From an uncultured Clostridia bacterium (GTDB taxonomy: Bacteria > Bacillota > Clostridia > Peptostreptococcales > Anaerovoracaceae), in assembly GCA_945644815.1 (NCBI GenBank), contig CALZFA010000001.1:1-47572 (forward strand): a stretch of 47,572 bases of DNA, given 5' to 3'. The first letter of the stretch is position 1. Each line of letters opens with the position of its first letter. Shown in pieces: positions 9,552-18,910 of the stretch. Below the pieces are notes generated by a model, which saw only the letters and a program-made list of their open reading frames with translations, had not been told where the DNA came from and did not search any database. Made by a program: the position numbers and the translations under genes.

Positions 9552-10464
9552 GATAATCACCCACTTTTTCCACAAAAATCTCATGAAGGCTGGGTTCTCT
9601 CAAATCGAAGGTGACCACCTGGATACCGGCGTCTATGAGCCTCCCCAGAAGAGCATTGGCCTGTTCCTCGCCGTCCACCCTCAGCTGATATTCAGTTTCC
9701 TTCATCGTAATGATGCGTGCACCGGACTCCCCTATGTAAGACTGTGCATCCTGCTCCGTCTTCAGCTTCAGGTTGACTCTCCCGTAGCTCTTTTTGATTT
9801 CACCCAGATGCCCCTGAAGCACAGTTTTAGAGCGGTCCAGAATTGTGATGTCTGTACAGAATTCCTCTACGGTTGCCATCTGATGGCTGGACATTATAAG
9901 ATACTTTCCCTTGGCTATTTCCTCCCTTATTATTCCCTTGAAAAGGTCTGTATTTACCGGATCCAGCCCTGACAAAGGTTCGTCAAGTATGATAAGTTCG
10001 GGATCGGATATAAGAGCAACCATAAACTGTATCTTCTGCTGATTACCCTTGGAAAGCTCATCTGCCAGCTTGGGTTTTGTCTTTTTTTCAGGAAAAAGAT
10101 ATTCCGTTGCCCCCAGCTTTTCCGCCCAGTATGCAATTCTCTTTTTTGCCTCCTCTTTAGATACTCCGCGAAGCCCGGCAAAATACATGAGCTGATCCAT
10201 TAATGAATACTTGGGATAAAGACCCCTTTCTTCAGCCAGATAGCCTACATTGCAATTATCCATGGTCAGCGGCTGCCCGTTCCAGATCACCTCTCCTCCA
10301 TCCTTTGCCAGCATGCCCAGCATCATTCTGATTGATGTTGTTTTGCCGGCACCGTTGGTTCCCAGAAGGGCGTACACTCCGGGCTTCTTCATTTCAAAAC
10401 ACAGGTTATCCACTACCACTTTCTCACCGTATTTTTTATATAAATTCCTTACTTCCAGACCCAT
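9544..10464 (-). CDS. ABC transporter ATP-binding protein
   Basis: Walker A GTNGAGKTT, signature LSKGNQQK, Walker B LIILDEP. Confidence 0.9.
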   Translation of the reverse strand: MGLEVRNLYKKYGEKVVVDNLCFEMKKPGVYALLGTNGAGKTTSIRMMLGMLAKDGGEVIWNGQPLTMDNCNVGYLAEERGLYPKYSLMDQLMYFAGLRGVSKEEAKKRIAYWAEKLGATEYLFPEKKTKPKLADELSKGNQQKIQFMVALISDPELIILDEPLSGLDPVNTDLFKGIIREEIAKGKYLIMSSHQMATVEEFCTDITILDRSKTVLQGHLGEIKKSYGRVNLKLKTEQDAQSYIGESGARIITMKETEYQLRVDGEEQANALLGRLIDAGIQVVTFDLREPSLHEIFVEKVGDYHE

Positions 10465-11277
10465 TTACTTTTTTCCTCCCTTGTCAAGTCTCATAGCCTC
10501 TCTGCAGTATGACACTGTCATAACCAGCCATATTATACTTACCGCTATACATGGAAGCGGCCCGGTTTTAAAAGCAATACTGAGAATTGCAGTAATTACC
10601 CATAAAAAAAGGCAAGCTAACCCTGCTGACTTATATGCCTTATATGCGGATTTATATATCATCATTTTCTCCATTTCGTCGCAGCTCTCTTCCCACTTGT
10701 CACGGAATTTTGAATCGTAGACGCTGCCTGTTTTTGACGGGTTCATTTCCTTTTCCAGATCCACCATGAGCTGCTGCTGCTTAGTCTGCACCAGACTTCC
10801 GACGATGAATACCACTACAGTCACGATCATTAAAACATGGTTGCTTGATACGAAGTATTCCAAATCAGCCATGATTATTCCAAAGAAAAGCATCTGTAGT
10901 ATGATCATAACACTTAGCACAGACATTCCCCGGGAAATTTTGTTCTCCACAGTTTCGATTGCTTCCTCGTCAGGCTCTCCATTCTCCCCGGCATCAAGAA
11001 TAGCTTTTTCGTATAATTGCCTGGCTTTTTTGTTTATAACACAGCAGGAGATATATCCTGCCACCCCCAAAGTTATGATAATCCACGGGCTTATTATATT
11101 TAATATAAGCCATGCCATATCTGCCACGCTGCCTGATAAATCACTGTGTGCCACAAAGGAACTGATTCCTCCTGCAATTCCTCCGATGAAGGCCCACACT
11201 ATAAGCATTGGAACGAATTTCTTTAATGCTGCTTTGTTTTCTTTTTTGTTCTTTTCCGATTTGATGTTATCTCTCAT
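10465..11277 (-). CDS. membrane protein, DUF3169-like partner of a small XRE regulator
   Basis: About 6 TM segments. GAGGAGGAGG RBS before ATG 11277. The family name is from memory of the common XRE + DUF3169 pairing. Confidence 0.5.
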   Translation of the reverse strand: MRDNIKSEKNKKENKAALKKFVPMLIVWAFIGGIAGGISSFVAHSDLSGSVADMAWLILNIISPWIIITLGVAGYISCCVINKKARQLYEKAILDAGENGEPDEEAIETVENKISRGMSVLSVMIILQMLFFGIIMADLEYFVSSNHVLMIVTVVVFIVGSLVQTKQQQLMVDLEKEMNPSKTGSVYDSKFRDKWEESCDEMEKMMIYKSAYKAYKSAGLACLFLWVITAILSIAFKTGPLPCIAVSIIWLVMTVSYCREAMRLDKGGKK

Positions 11278-11488
11278 CCTCTGATACCTCCTCCTCATAC
11301 CTGAAAATATCCTCCACTTTGGCATTGCATATCTTGGCTATTTTCAGAGCCAGTGTCACCGACGGCGAATAATCACCTCGTTCTATCTGACTTATGGTCT
11401 GTCGGGATACTCCGGCAAGCTCACCCATCCGTGTCTGGTTGACACCTATTCGCGCACGGTATTCCTTCAGATTGTTATACAAAGGCAT
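11267..11488 (-). CDS. XRE-family helix-turn-helix transcriptional regulator (73 aa)
   Basis: HTH LAGVSRQTISQIERGDYSPSVTLALKIA. GGAGG lies 8 nt upstream of ATG 11488. Confidence 0.9.
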   Translation of the reverse strand: MPLYNNLKEYRARIGVNQTRMGELAGVSRQTISQIERGDYSPSVTLALKIAKICNAKVEDIFRYEEEVSEDER

Positions 11489-11511
11489 TTTGTCTGCCTC
11501 CTTCCCGTTTT

Positions 11512-11574
11512 TTGACAACTTTATTTGTCAATCGCAGTATATCATTGACAACTTTACTTGTCAATATGTTTTTA
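11512..11574. promoter_or_regulatory. two copies of a 20-bp palindrome TTGACAACTTTAYTTGTCAA (11512..11531 and 11555..11574); putative XRE operators overlapping the promoter
   Basis: Read directly. Each has perfect 7-bp arms TTGACAA/TTGTCAA with a 6-nt spacer. The copies are 43 bp apart and lie 24-86 bp upstream of the XRE start codon. Confidence 0.6.
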
Positions 11575-11633
11575 ACATTTCAGGGCTGTTTAGAAGTAAA
11601 CTCCCCCCTGAAATCATAATTGTTGCCCCATAA

Positions 11634-11677
11634 TAAAAACTGCCACACCATTCAGGGGCATGGCAGCTTTTTTTCAT
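11634..11677 (-). terminator. terminator after the APC permease (A-run / CTGCCA...TGGCAG / T-run)
   Basis: Minus strand reads AAAAAAAGCTGCCATGCCCCTGAATGGTGTGGCAGTTTTTATT. Confidence 0.55.
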
Positions 11678-11683
11678 AATGTC

Positions 11684-13123
11684 TTATTTACTCTTTTTCC
11701 GGTTAATAGCCATCCCGACTATCATAACTACCGCAAAAATAATCAGGTAGAACAGCACCGGACAGGCGAATCTGCCTTCAGCAGCTGCCGCCTGATAAGG
11801 CTGAATTCCGTGAGCATAGATGGCCGCAATTACCATGAATACGCTTCCGATAATTCCAAGTGCCGGGGCCACATATCTCTTTCCGAAGCTCATGTCTGTC
11901 GCCTTTCTCATAAAGTTGATGAAAATAGGTATGTACATTGCATAAACAGTGATGATAGCCAGCTCTGATGAGTCAAAACCGAATACTCCGAACCATGCAA
12001 ACGGTGCCAGGTTAGCGCCGTAGAAGAAGAAGAACCAGATTGCTGCCAGAAGCAATCCGAAGATTGCAGCATTATGAGGCATATTGGTGCTCTTGTCTAT
12101 CTGTCCGAATACTTCAGGCTTAGGGCCTTCATTTCTTGCTGCAAGAGCATATAATCCCCTGGTGCAGGCCAGCATAAGACCGTTAAGTGTACCCATACAT
12201 GAAATTGCAACAAACAGGTTAAGGATGTTTCCGAAAACTCCTCCGAAAATATTTATAAACGCAGTAGTTGCACCGTCGTTCATGAGTGTCTGAACGTCTG
12301 CGCCGCCTGCAGTCCCGATAAAGTAGAACAGGTATATAGCCACTATGATGATACCGCCTGTAATAAGGGCAATCGGCAGATTTTTCTTAGAATCCTTAAG
12401 CTCTGCATTGATTGATGTTGCAATAATCCATCCTTCATAAGCAAAAGCGGTAGCAACTACAGCTCCGAAAAGAAGGTTGCCGTTAGGTGTATCGGCTGTT
12501 CCCGTATATGAAAGGTTTTCTACTAAAGTGCCGTGTTCTCCGAAAATACCTACGATGGTTCCCACTACAGCAAGCAACAACAGAGGAATCAGCTTAATAA
12601 CAGTTGTTCCAACCTGGAAACGGCCTGCAATCCTCGGTGAAAGTGCATTCATAGCGTAAGCTGCACAGAGGAAGAACAGTGACAGTGCCATACATTCAGG
12701 ACCTACAACGCAGCCGCCCTCTGACGCCGGAATCGAAAGTGTAATGCTTGGAAATGCTGTTGTAAGGAACACCAGCGTATATCTTGCAGATAACCAGGCA
12801 AGAACCGAAGTGAGTGAAGGAGAATATATAAGGGCCATAAACCAGCCTATTGCATATCCGTATTTGCTTCCCACAGTAGCCTCAGCATAGTCTACGATGC
12901 CGTTTACCTTTTCATACTTCGTAGCCATGATTGCAAAAGCAGATATACAGCAAAGCATAATTGCGCCGCCGATGAGCCATGCCATAATTCCCAGGGACAT
13001 ATTTCCCTCGGTTTTTTGCAGAATAGTCTGCGCCTTAAAGAATACCCCTGAACCTATTACAATACCGACTACCATGCAAATAGCGGTTGCAAGGCCGTAT
13101 TTCTTATGAAGACCATTTTCCAT
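11684..13123 (-). CDS. APC-superfamily amino acid permease
   Basis: 479 aa with 12 TM segments. N-terminal GSGVFFK-type motif typical of the family. Confidence 0.8.
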   Translation of the reverse strand: MENGLHKKYGLATAICMVVGIVIGSGVFFKAQTILQKTEGNMSLGIMAWLIGGAIMLCCISAFAIMATKYEKVNGIVDYAEATVGSKYGYAIGWFMALIYSPSLTSVLAWLSARYTLVFLTTAFPSITLSIPASEGGCVVGPECMALSLFFLCAAYAMNALSPRIAGRFQVGTTVIKLIPLLLLAVVGTIVGIFGEHGTLVENLSYTGTADTPNGNLLFGAVVATAFAYEGWIIATSINAELKDSKKNLPIALITGGIIIVAIYLFYFIGTAGGADVQTLMNDGATTAFINIFGGVFGNILNLFVAISCMGTLNGLMLACTRGLYALAARNEGPKPEVFGQIDKSTNMPHNAAIFGLLLAAIWFFFFYGANLAPFAWFGVFGFDSSELAIITVYAMYIPIFINFMRKATDMSFGKRYVAPALGIIGSVFMVIAAIYAHGIQPYQAAAAEGRFACPVLFYLIIFAVVMIVGMAINRKKSK

Positions 13124-13333
13124 ATCATTTTTCTCCTAATCTTTCCTAAACTTTAGTCGTCTAAACTAATAATCCATATTGTAGCACAATACAAACCCAT
13201 ATACAAGTTCTTTGTTGTTGAAACACATTTTTTTTACACATTCTTTCTGCACCGGCTCTTTACGAAGTTTTCGGGATAATGTATAATTTACATATGACTT
13301 CAAAACTAATCTCAGTATATGCGGAGGATACAT

Positions 13334-14482
13334 ATGAAATATACTCAATTCAAAGACTCAAAGATTTCCCGTCTGGGCTTCGGCACCATGCGTCTTCCAA
13401 TGCACAAGGACGGCACAATAGACTACGAAGCGGGAAAGGAAATGGTAGACTATGCTCTTTCCCACGGCATTACCTACTTCGACACAGCATACAAATACCA
13501 TGCCGGAGAAGCAGAGAACTTCTGCCGCGCGGCTCTTTCAAAGAGATACCCTCGGGAAACTTTCTATCTGGCCGACAAAATGCCTGCGTGGCTATGTAAA
13601 ACCCAGCAGGACGTGAAGGATATTTTCGAGGACCAGCTTAAAAAATGCGGCGTTGATTATTTTGATTTTTACCTTCTTCACAATGTTGATGAAGAAGTGT
13701 GGCCTGTTATCAGTAAGCTTGATGTGATATCAATCCTTAAGGAGGAACTTGCAAAGGGCCGTATCAGACATCTGGGATTTTCCGTTCACTGTGAACCTGC
13801 CCTTCTGCGTGAGATTCTTGAAAATCATTCCGATGACCTGGAATTTGTACAGATCCAGCTGAATTATATGGACTGGGACTATATCAACGCAAAAGAGCTT
13901 TATCAGATCTGCCGTGAATATAACAAGCCTATTATCGTTATGGAGCCTCTTCGCGGAGGAATGCTTTCAAATCCGCTGAGCGAAAGAAGCCGCAAAATTC
14001 TTGATAAAGCCGGAGAGGACAGAGGTCTGTCATATACTGATTTTGCTTTGGGCTATGTTGACGGTCTGGATGGCGTCGTGTGTACTCTTTCCGGGATGTC
14101 CAGCCTCAAACAGATGCAGGAAAATGTGGATTTTTATAACAGCGGCGGTCTTGAAAAAAGACACCTTGGTGCTATTCGGGAGGCGGTTTCCGTACTCCGG
14201 AGTGACATTCTCATACCTTGTACCGGCTGTGGCTACTGCTTTGAATGTCCTCAAGAAATTCAGATTCCGAAGATTTTCAGCGGCTACAACGAAGCAGCAG
14301 CCAAGGGTTTCCACTATATTTGGGGGTCTCTGTCGGGAATATATAAAAAACTGGGTCCTAACGGCAAGGACTGTATCGGCTGCGGCAACTGCGAAAGCCA
14401 CTGTCCGCAAAAAATAAAAATCATCGACCTTCTCAAACAGATCGACGATAAATATAAGGAACTGGAAAAAGCCGGCGAATAA
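13334..14482 (+). CDS. aldo/keto reductase with C-terminal 4Fe-4S ferredoxin-type domain
   Basis: AKR N-terminus (ISRLGFGTMRLP, FDTAYKYH). Two CxxCxxCxxxCP motifs: CTGCGYCFECP and CIGCGNCESHCP. GGAGG before ATG 13334. Confidence 0.85.
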   Translation: MKYTQFKDSKISRLGFGTMRLPMHKDGTIDYEAGKEMVDYALSHGITYFDTAYKYHAGEAENFCRAALSKRYPRETFYLADKMPAWLCKTQQDVKDIFEDQLKKCGVDYFDFYLLHNVDEEVWPVISKLDVISILKEELAKGRIRHLGFSVHCEPALLREILENHSDDLEFVQIQLNYMDWDYINAKELYQICREYNKPIIVMEPLRGGMLSNPLSERSRKILDKAGEDRGLSYTDFALGYVDGLDGVVCTLSGMSSLKQMQENVDFYNSGGLEKRHLGAIREAVSVLRSDILIPCTGCGYCFECPQEIQIPKIFSGYNEAAAKGFHYIWGSLSGIYKKLGPNGKDCIGCGNCESHCPQKIKIIDLLKQIDDKYKELEKAGE

Positions 14483-14489
14483 TCGCCGG

Positions 14490-15818
14490 TCATTTTTTTA
14501 AATCTCCGTTGGCCGGATTGTCAAGAACTTTTCCGCCCTCAGTGAATCTCGAACCATGGCAGGGACAGTCCCAGCTATGCTCCGTCTCATTCCATTTAAG
14601 ACTACAGCCCATATGAGGACATCGTTTTTTTGCCGGAATCATCAGATTGGCCGCCGCCTCCCACCCGTTGATGAAAAGCTGAGGTTTTATCATGCTTCTG
14701 GACGGGTCAAAAACCTTAGCATAAGAGCTTCCTTTTTCGGTTATCATATCTGCAAGAATCATGGCTGCTGTCATGGATGATGTCATCCCCCACTTGTTAT
14801 ATCCCGAGGCCACAAAACACCCCGGCATATTTTTTGAATAGTGTCCGATGTACGGCACACCGTCAAGGCTCATGCAATCCTGTGCAGCCCAGGAAAATGT
14901 CACTTTGCTGTCAGGATAATACCGTCGGGCAAATTCTCTGAGTTCCTGCCAGTTGCCTCCTTTTTTGCCTGTTCGGTGACCGCCTCCTCCAATGAGAAGT
15001 GTATCTTCAAAGCTTCTGAATGACATTCCCTTCTTATTTTCATCAACATACATTCCATGAATCTTAGGGACATTATTCAGCGCCATAACGTATGATCGGT
15101 GCTGATACAGCTTAAGAAAAAACAGTCCGTGTTTGTTATTCAAAGGAAAATGTGTTGCAAACACAGCTTGCCTGAATATGATTTTTTTGCCCTTGTCGGT
15201 AAGGGCCATATACATTTTTCCGCCGACATGGCCTTCAACAGGTATAAACTCCGCTATGAGAGTATTCTGATATATATTGAGACCTTCAGCTATGCGGGAA
15301 AGGAACTTCAGAGGATTAAACTGAGCCTGATTGTTGAAGGCAAGTGCTCCTGCCACCGGAAAAGGCAGTTCCGTTTTGTCAGAAAGATTGCTGTAAAATC
15401 CGATCCGTGCCAGGGCATCAGCTTCATTTTCCAGATTCTTCAGACTTTCCTTAGAATAGACATAGGAGGTTTTTCGCTCAAAATTACAGTCAATTTCCGT
15501 ACATAGCTCCGCAAATTTTTCCACTGCTGCGAGATTGGCATGAAGATACATAGCTGCCGCTTCAAGTCCCATGCCTTTAAGTATTTTATTATAAATGAGC
15601 CCGTGTTGAGCCGTAATCTTGGCAGTAGTGTTTCCCGTAATGCCGGAGCAGACGGTACCGGCCTCGCAAAGAACATAGTCTACCCCTCTTTCCTGAAGAA
15701 AATGTGCGCACAGAATGCCTGTAATTCCTCCCCCTATTATGAGAACATCAACCTTCATATCACTTTCAAGCTCCGAGAACTCCGGCAGCTTTGTGCCTGA
15801 TTTCCATATTGAATCCAT
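14490..15818 (-). CDS. FAD-dependent oxidoreductase with C-terminal Rieske 2Fe-2S domain (YhfW-like)
   Basis: Dinucleotide fold VLIIGGGITG. Rieske motif CPHMGC...CPCHGS. GGAGG 10 nt before ATG 15818. Confidence 0.8.
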   Translation of the reverse strand: MDSIWKSGTKLPEFSELESDMKVDVLIIGGGITGILCAHFLQERGVDYVLCEAGTVCSGITGNTTAKITAQHGLIYNKILKGMGLEAAAMYLHANLAAVEKFAELCTEIDCNFERKTSYVYSKESLKNLENEADALARIGFYSNLSDKTELPFPVAGALAFNNQAQFNPLKFLSRIAEGLNIYQNTLIAEFIPVEGHVGGKMYMALTDKGKKIIFRQAVFATHFPLNNKHGLFFLKLYQHRSYVMALNNVPKIHGMYVDENKKGMSFRSFEDTLLIGGGGHRTGKKGGNWQELREFARRYYPDSKVTFSWAAQDCMSLDGVPYIGHYSKNMPGCFVASGYNKWGMTSSMTAAMILADMITEKGSSYAKVFDPSRSMIKPQLFINGWEAAANLMIPAKKRCPHMGCSLKWNETEHSWDCPCHGSRFTEGGKVLDNPANGDLKK

Positions 15819-15892
15819 AATAATACCGCCTCCCGCAAAATACATCTTTAGTCTTTGCCAAAGGCGGTAAATTATACATCAATTTGGCATTG

Positions 15893-16945
15893 CTACCACA
15901 GTCCCAGCACATGCTGCATTGCCAGTGATACTATGCTGATCATCACCCAGCAGGCAAACCCCAGAGCAATAGGTTTCGCACCGGTTTTAATCAGCTTTAC
16001 AATATCCGTTTTAATACCGATAGCGCTCATAGCCATAACGATAAAGAACTTGCTGACTCTTTTAAGAAAAGAAAAGAGTGCTGCTGCCGTTTCAAGGGCT
16101 GCTCCCGTAAGTGTCTGATTAACTACAGTGGTAACGGCAGATGCCAGTACAAAGTATATAATAAAGGCAGGGACCATCTTTATGATGTTAAGCTTCTTCC
16201 CCTCAACATTTGTCCTTTTTGCCTGTACTACAGAAAGCACTAAAGTAATAGGTATAATAGCAAGGGTCCTGGTCAGTTTTACAATTGTGGCGTATTCAAG
16301 AACTTCGCCGCCTGTACCGTGAAGAGTATCCCACACCGATGCCGCTGCCGTAACAGATGATGTATCGTTAATTGCTGTTCCCGCAAAAAGACCGAAGCCT
16401 GCATCAGTAAGGCCTATCATGTCACCCAAGGTAGGAAATATCAGTGCCGCCACAACATTAAAAAGGAAAACCACCGAAATTGACTGAGCAATCTCCTCGT
16501 CGTCGGCTTTGATTACCGGAGCTGTAGCAGCAATTGCAGAACCACCGCAAATTGACGAGCCTACACCTATGAGGACAGCTGCCCTGGCAGGAACCTTAAA
16601 CAGTCTGAATACGATGTATGCCACAATCAGGGATGTGGCTATGGTTGAGAGGATAATGGGAAGAGATGACATCCCCACCTTTCCTACAGTAGCCAGGTTT
16701 AGACCGAATCCCAGCAGTACAACAGCCGCCTGCAGCACTTTTTGAGAAGTGTAGGAAATGCCTTTTTTAAGTTTTTCCGCACCGCCTATCCCGGTAAAGG
16801 TTCCCAAAGCTATACCTATCAGTATTCCGAAAACAGGTGCCCCCACAATTTCAAGAACCGGCGCAAGGTCCACAATCAATGTGGCAGCTGCTGCAATTAC
16901 AATACAGACAAGTATTCCCGGAGCCATTTCAGATAATCTCTTCAC
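15893..16945 (-). CDS. YeiH/UPF0324-family membrane protein (putative sulfate exporter family)
   Basis: 350 aa, about 10 TM segments, Gly/Ala-rich. Family assignment is from overall resemblance. Confidence 0.6.
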   Translation of the reverse strand: MKRLSEMAPGILVCIVIAAAATLIVDLAPVLEIVGAPVFGILIGIALGTFTGIGGAEKLKKGISYTSQKVLQAAVVLLGFGLNLATVGKVGMSSLPIILSTIATSLIVAYIVFRLFKVPARAAVLIGVGSSICGGSAIAATAPVIKADDEEIAQSISVVFLFNVVAALIFPTLGDMIGLTDAGFGLFAGTAINDTSSVTAAASVWDTLHGTGGEVLEYATIVKLTRTLAIIPITLVLSVVQAKRTNVEGKKLNIIKMVPAFIIYFVLASAVTTVVNQTLTGAALETAAALFSFLKRVSKFFIVMAMSAIGIKTDIVKLIKTGAKPIALGFACWVMISIVSLAMQHVLGLW

Positions 16946-16972
16946 TTTTTAATTCCTCTTTCCTTTTGTGTT

Positions 16973-18910
16973 TCATTCCAGCTCGAAAGCACCTGTGTAA
17001 AGCTGATAGTATCTGCCCTTCTCAGCCATGAGATGTTCATGGTTTCCTCTCTCGATGATTCGTCCGTTTTCCATGACCATTATAACATCGGCATTTTGAA
17101 TCGTAGATAAACGATGAGCAATTACAAATACCGTCCTTCCCTTCATCAGATTGTCCATGCCACGCTGAACGATGGCCTCGGTTCGAGTATCTATAGAAGA
17201 TGTTGCCTCATCGAGAATCATTACAGGCGGGTCAGCCACAGCGGCTCTGGCTATTGAAATCAGCTGCCTCTGGCCCTGTGACAGTCCGCTGCCATCGCCT
17301 TCCAGAACTGTGCTGTAGCCTTTAGGAAGCATACGTATGAAGCCATCAGCATTGGCCAGCCTGGCCGCCTCAATACATTCCTCATCAGTGGCGTCAAGCT
17401 TGCCGTATCTTATGTTATCCATAACAGTACCGGTAAACAGGTTCACATCCTGCAGCACAACGCCCAACGAACGACGCAGGTCTTCTTTTCGGATGTTGTT
17501 GATGTTTATTCCGTCGTACTGAATCTTGCCATCGTCAATATCGTAAAACCTGTTTATCAGATTTGTTATAGTGGTCTTTCCTGCACCGGTAGCTCCCACC
17601 AGGGCCACCTTCTGTCCCGGCTCTGCATAAACGGTAATATCGTGAAGAACCATAATATCATCTGTATAGCCGAAATCTACATCCTTAAGGTTAATCTTCC
17701 CCTTAACCTCTATAAGATTACTGCCGTCTTTCCATGCCCAAATGCCCGTATGCTCGCTGCACTCCTCAAGGCTTCCGTCCTCTCTCAGTCGAGCATTTAC
17801 AAGCGTTACCGTTCCGCGATCCTCTTCTGACGCCTCATCCAGCAGTTCAAATATCCTCGAAGCACCGGCCATAGCCATGATCACGGAATTGAGCTGCTGA
17901 GAGATCTGCGCTATAGGGTTGACAAAGTTTCTGGACAGTATCAGAAAAGACGCTATGGTCCCCAGAGTCACCACAGGTTCTCCTCCCAGAGAAATATTTG
18001 TAACCCCTGCAATCCCCATATAACCACCTACTATTGCAATGACCACATAAAGCACATAGCCCAGACTTCCCATGAGAGGCATTACAATATTGGCCAGAAT
18101 ATTGGCTTTGGTCATGTTCTCGCAAAGTTCCTTATTCTTACCGTCAAAGACCTCCTGAGCCTTTTCCTCATGGCAAAAAACCTTAACAACCTTCTGCCCG
18201 TTTATCATTTCCTCAATATATCCGTTAACATCAGCCAGGCTTTTCTGCTGCTTCACAAAGTATTTGCCCGACATCCCGGCAATTTTTTTCATCACCGCAA
18301 GAATGACGAAGGTAAACACCACTGTAACCAGAGTCAGCCATATGCTCAGATGCAACATTGATGCAAACACGGCTATCATGGAAAGCATTGACGAAAACAG
18401 ATTGGGAAGGCTCTGAGAAAGCATCTGTCGCAGGGTATCCGTGTCGTTTGTATAATGGCTCATAATATCGCCGTGAGTCCTGCTGTCAAAATATCTGATG
18501 GGTAAAGTCTGCATGTGGCTGAACATTTCATTTCTGATATCCTTAAGGACACTTTGTGAGATTACAGCCATGGTTCTGTTGTAGAACAGGCTTGCCAAAG
18601 CCCCTGCCCCGTATAGACATCCCATCATGACGATGGCTTTGAAAAGGCCTGTATACACAGGTGCGGCCTCAAGAAGCAGTGGGGTGATGTAGCTGTCAAT
18701 GAGGGTCTGCATGAAAAGAGATGAGCCTACGCCGGCCAAAGTGCTGACTATTATGCATATGAACACGAATATCATTTTTACCCTGTACTGGCTCAGATAA
18801 GATAGCAGTCTTTTGATGGTTCCCGGTTTTATACCTGTAGGTCCGCCTGCATACATGCCCCTTGCGCCCGGAGGCCCGCCGTGGGGTCCTCTCATAGTCA
18901 TTCTGCTCAT
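16973..18910 (-). CDS. ABC exporter, fused permease/ATPase (heterodimer half)
   Basis: 6-TM domain followed by Walker A GATGAGKTT, signature LSQGQRQ, Walker B MILDEATS. Confidence 0.9.
   Translation of the reverse strand: MSRMTMRGPHGGPPGARGMYAGGPTGIKPGTIKRLLSYLSQYRVKMIFVFICIIVSTLAGVGSSLFMQTLIDSYITPLLLEAAPVYTGLFKAIVMMGCLYGAGALASLFYNRTMAVISQSVLKDIRNEMFSHMQTLPIRYFDSRTHGDIMSHYTNDTDTLRQMLSQSLPNLFSSMLSMIAVFASMLHLSIWLTLVTVVFTFVILAVMKKIAGMSGKYFVKQQKSLADVNGYIEEMINGQKVVKVFCHEEKAQEVFDGKNKELCENMTKANILANIVMPLMGSLGYVLYVVIAIVGGYMGIAGVTNISLGGEPVVTLGTIASFLILSRNFVNPIAQISQQLNSVIMAMAGASRIFELLDEASEEDRGTVTLVNARLREDGSLEECSEHTGIWAWKDGSNLIEVKGKINLKDVDFGYTDDIMVLHDITVYAEPGQKVALVGATGAGKTTITNLINRFYDIDDGKIQYDGININNIRKEDLRRSLGVVLQDVNLFTGTVMDNIRYGKLDATDEECIEAARLANADGFIRMLPKGYSTVLEGDGSGLSQGQRQLISIARAAVADPPVMILDEATSSIDTRTEAIVQRGMDNLMKGRTVFVIAHRLSTIQNADVIMVMENGRIIERGNHEHLMAEKGRYYQLYTGAFELE

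Noticed and set aside
13124-13333. A possible T-box or riboswitch leader for the APC permease, and the palindrome CTAAACTTTAG (13146..13156) with a CTAAACT repeat.
   Set aside because: The shared divergent intergenic region is only ~210 bp and shows no specifier/T-box motif or long conserved stems. The short palindrome could be a regulator site, but I cannot support that from sequence alone.
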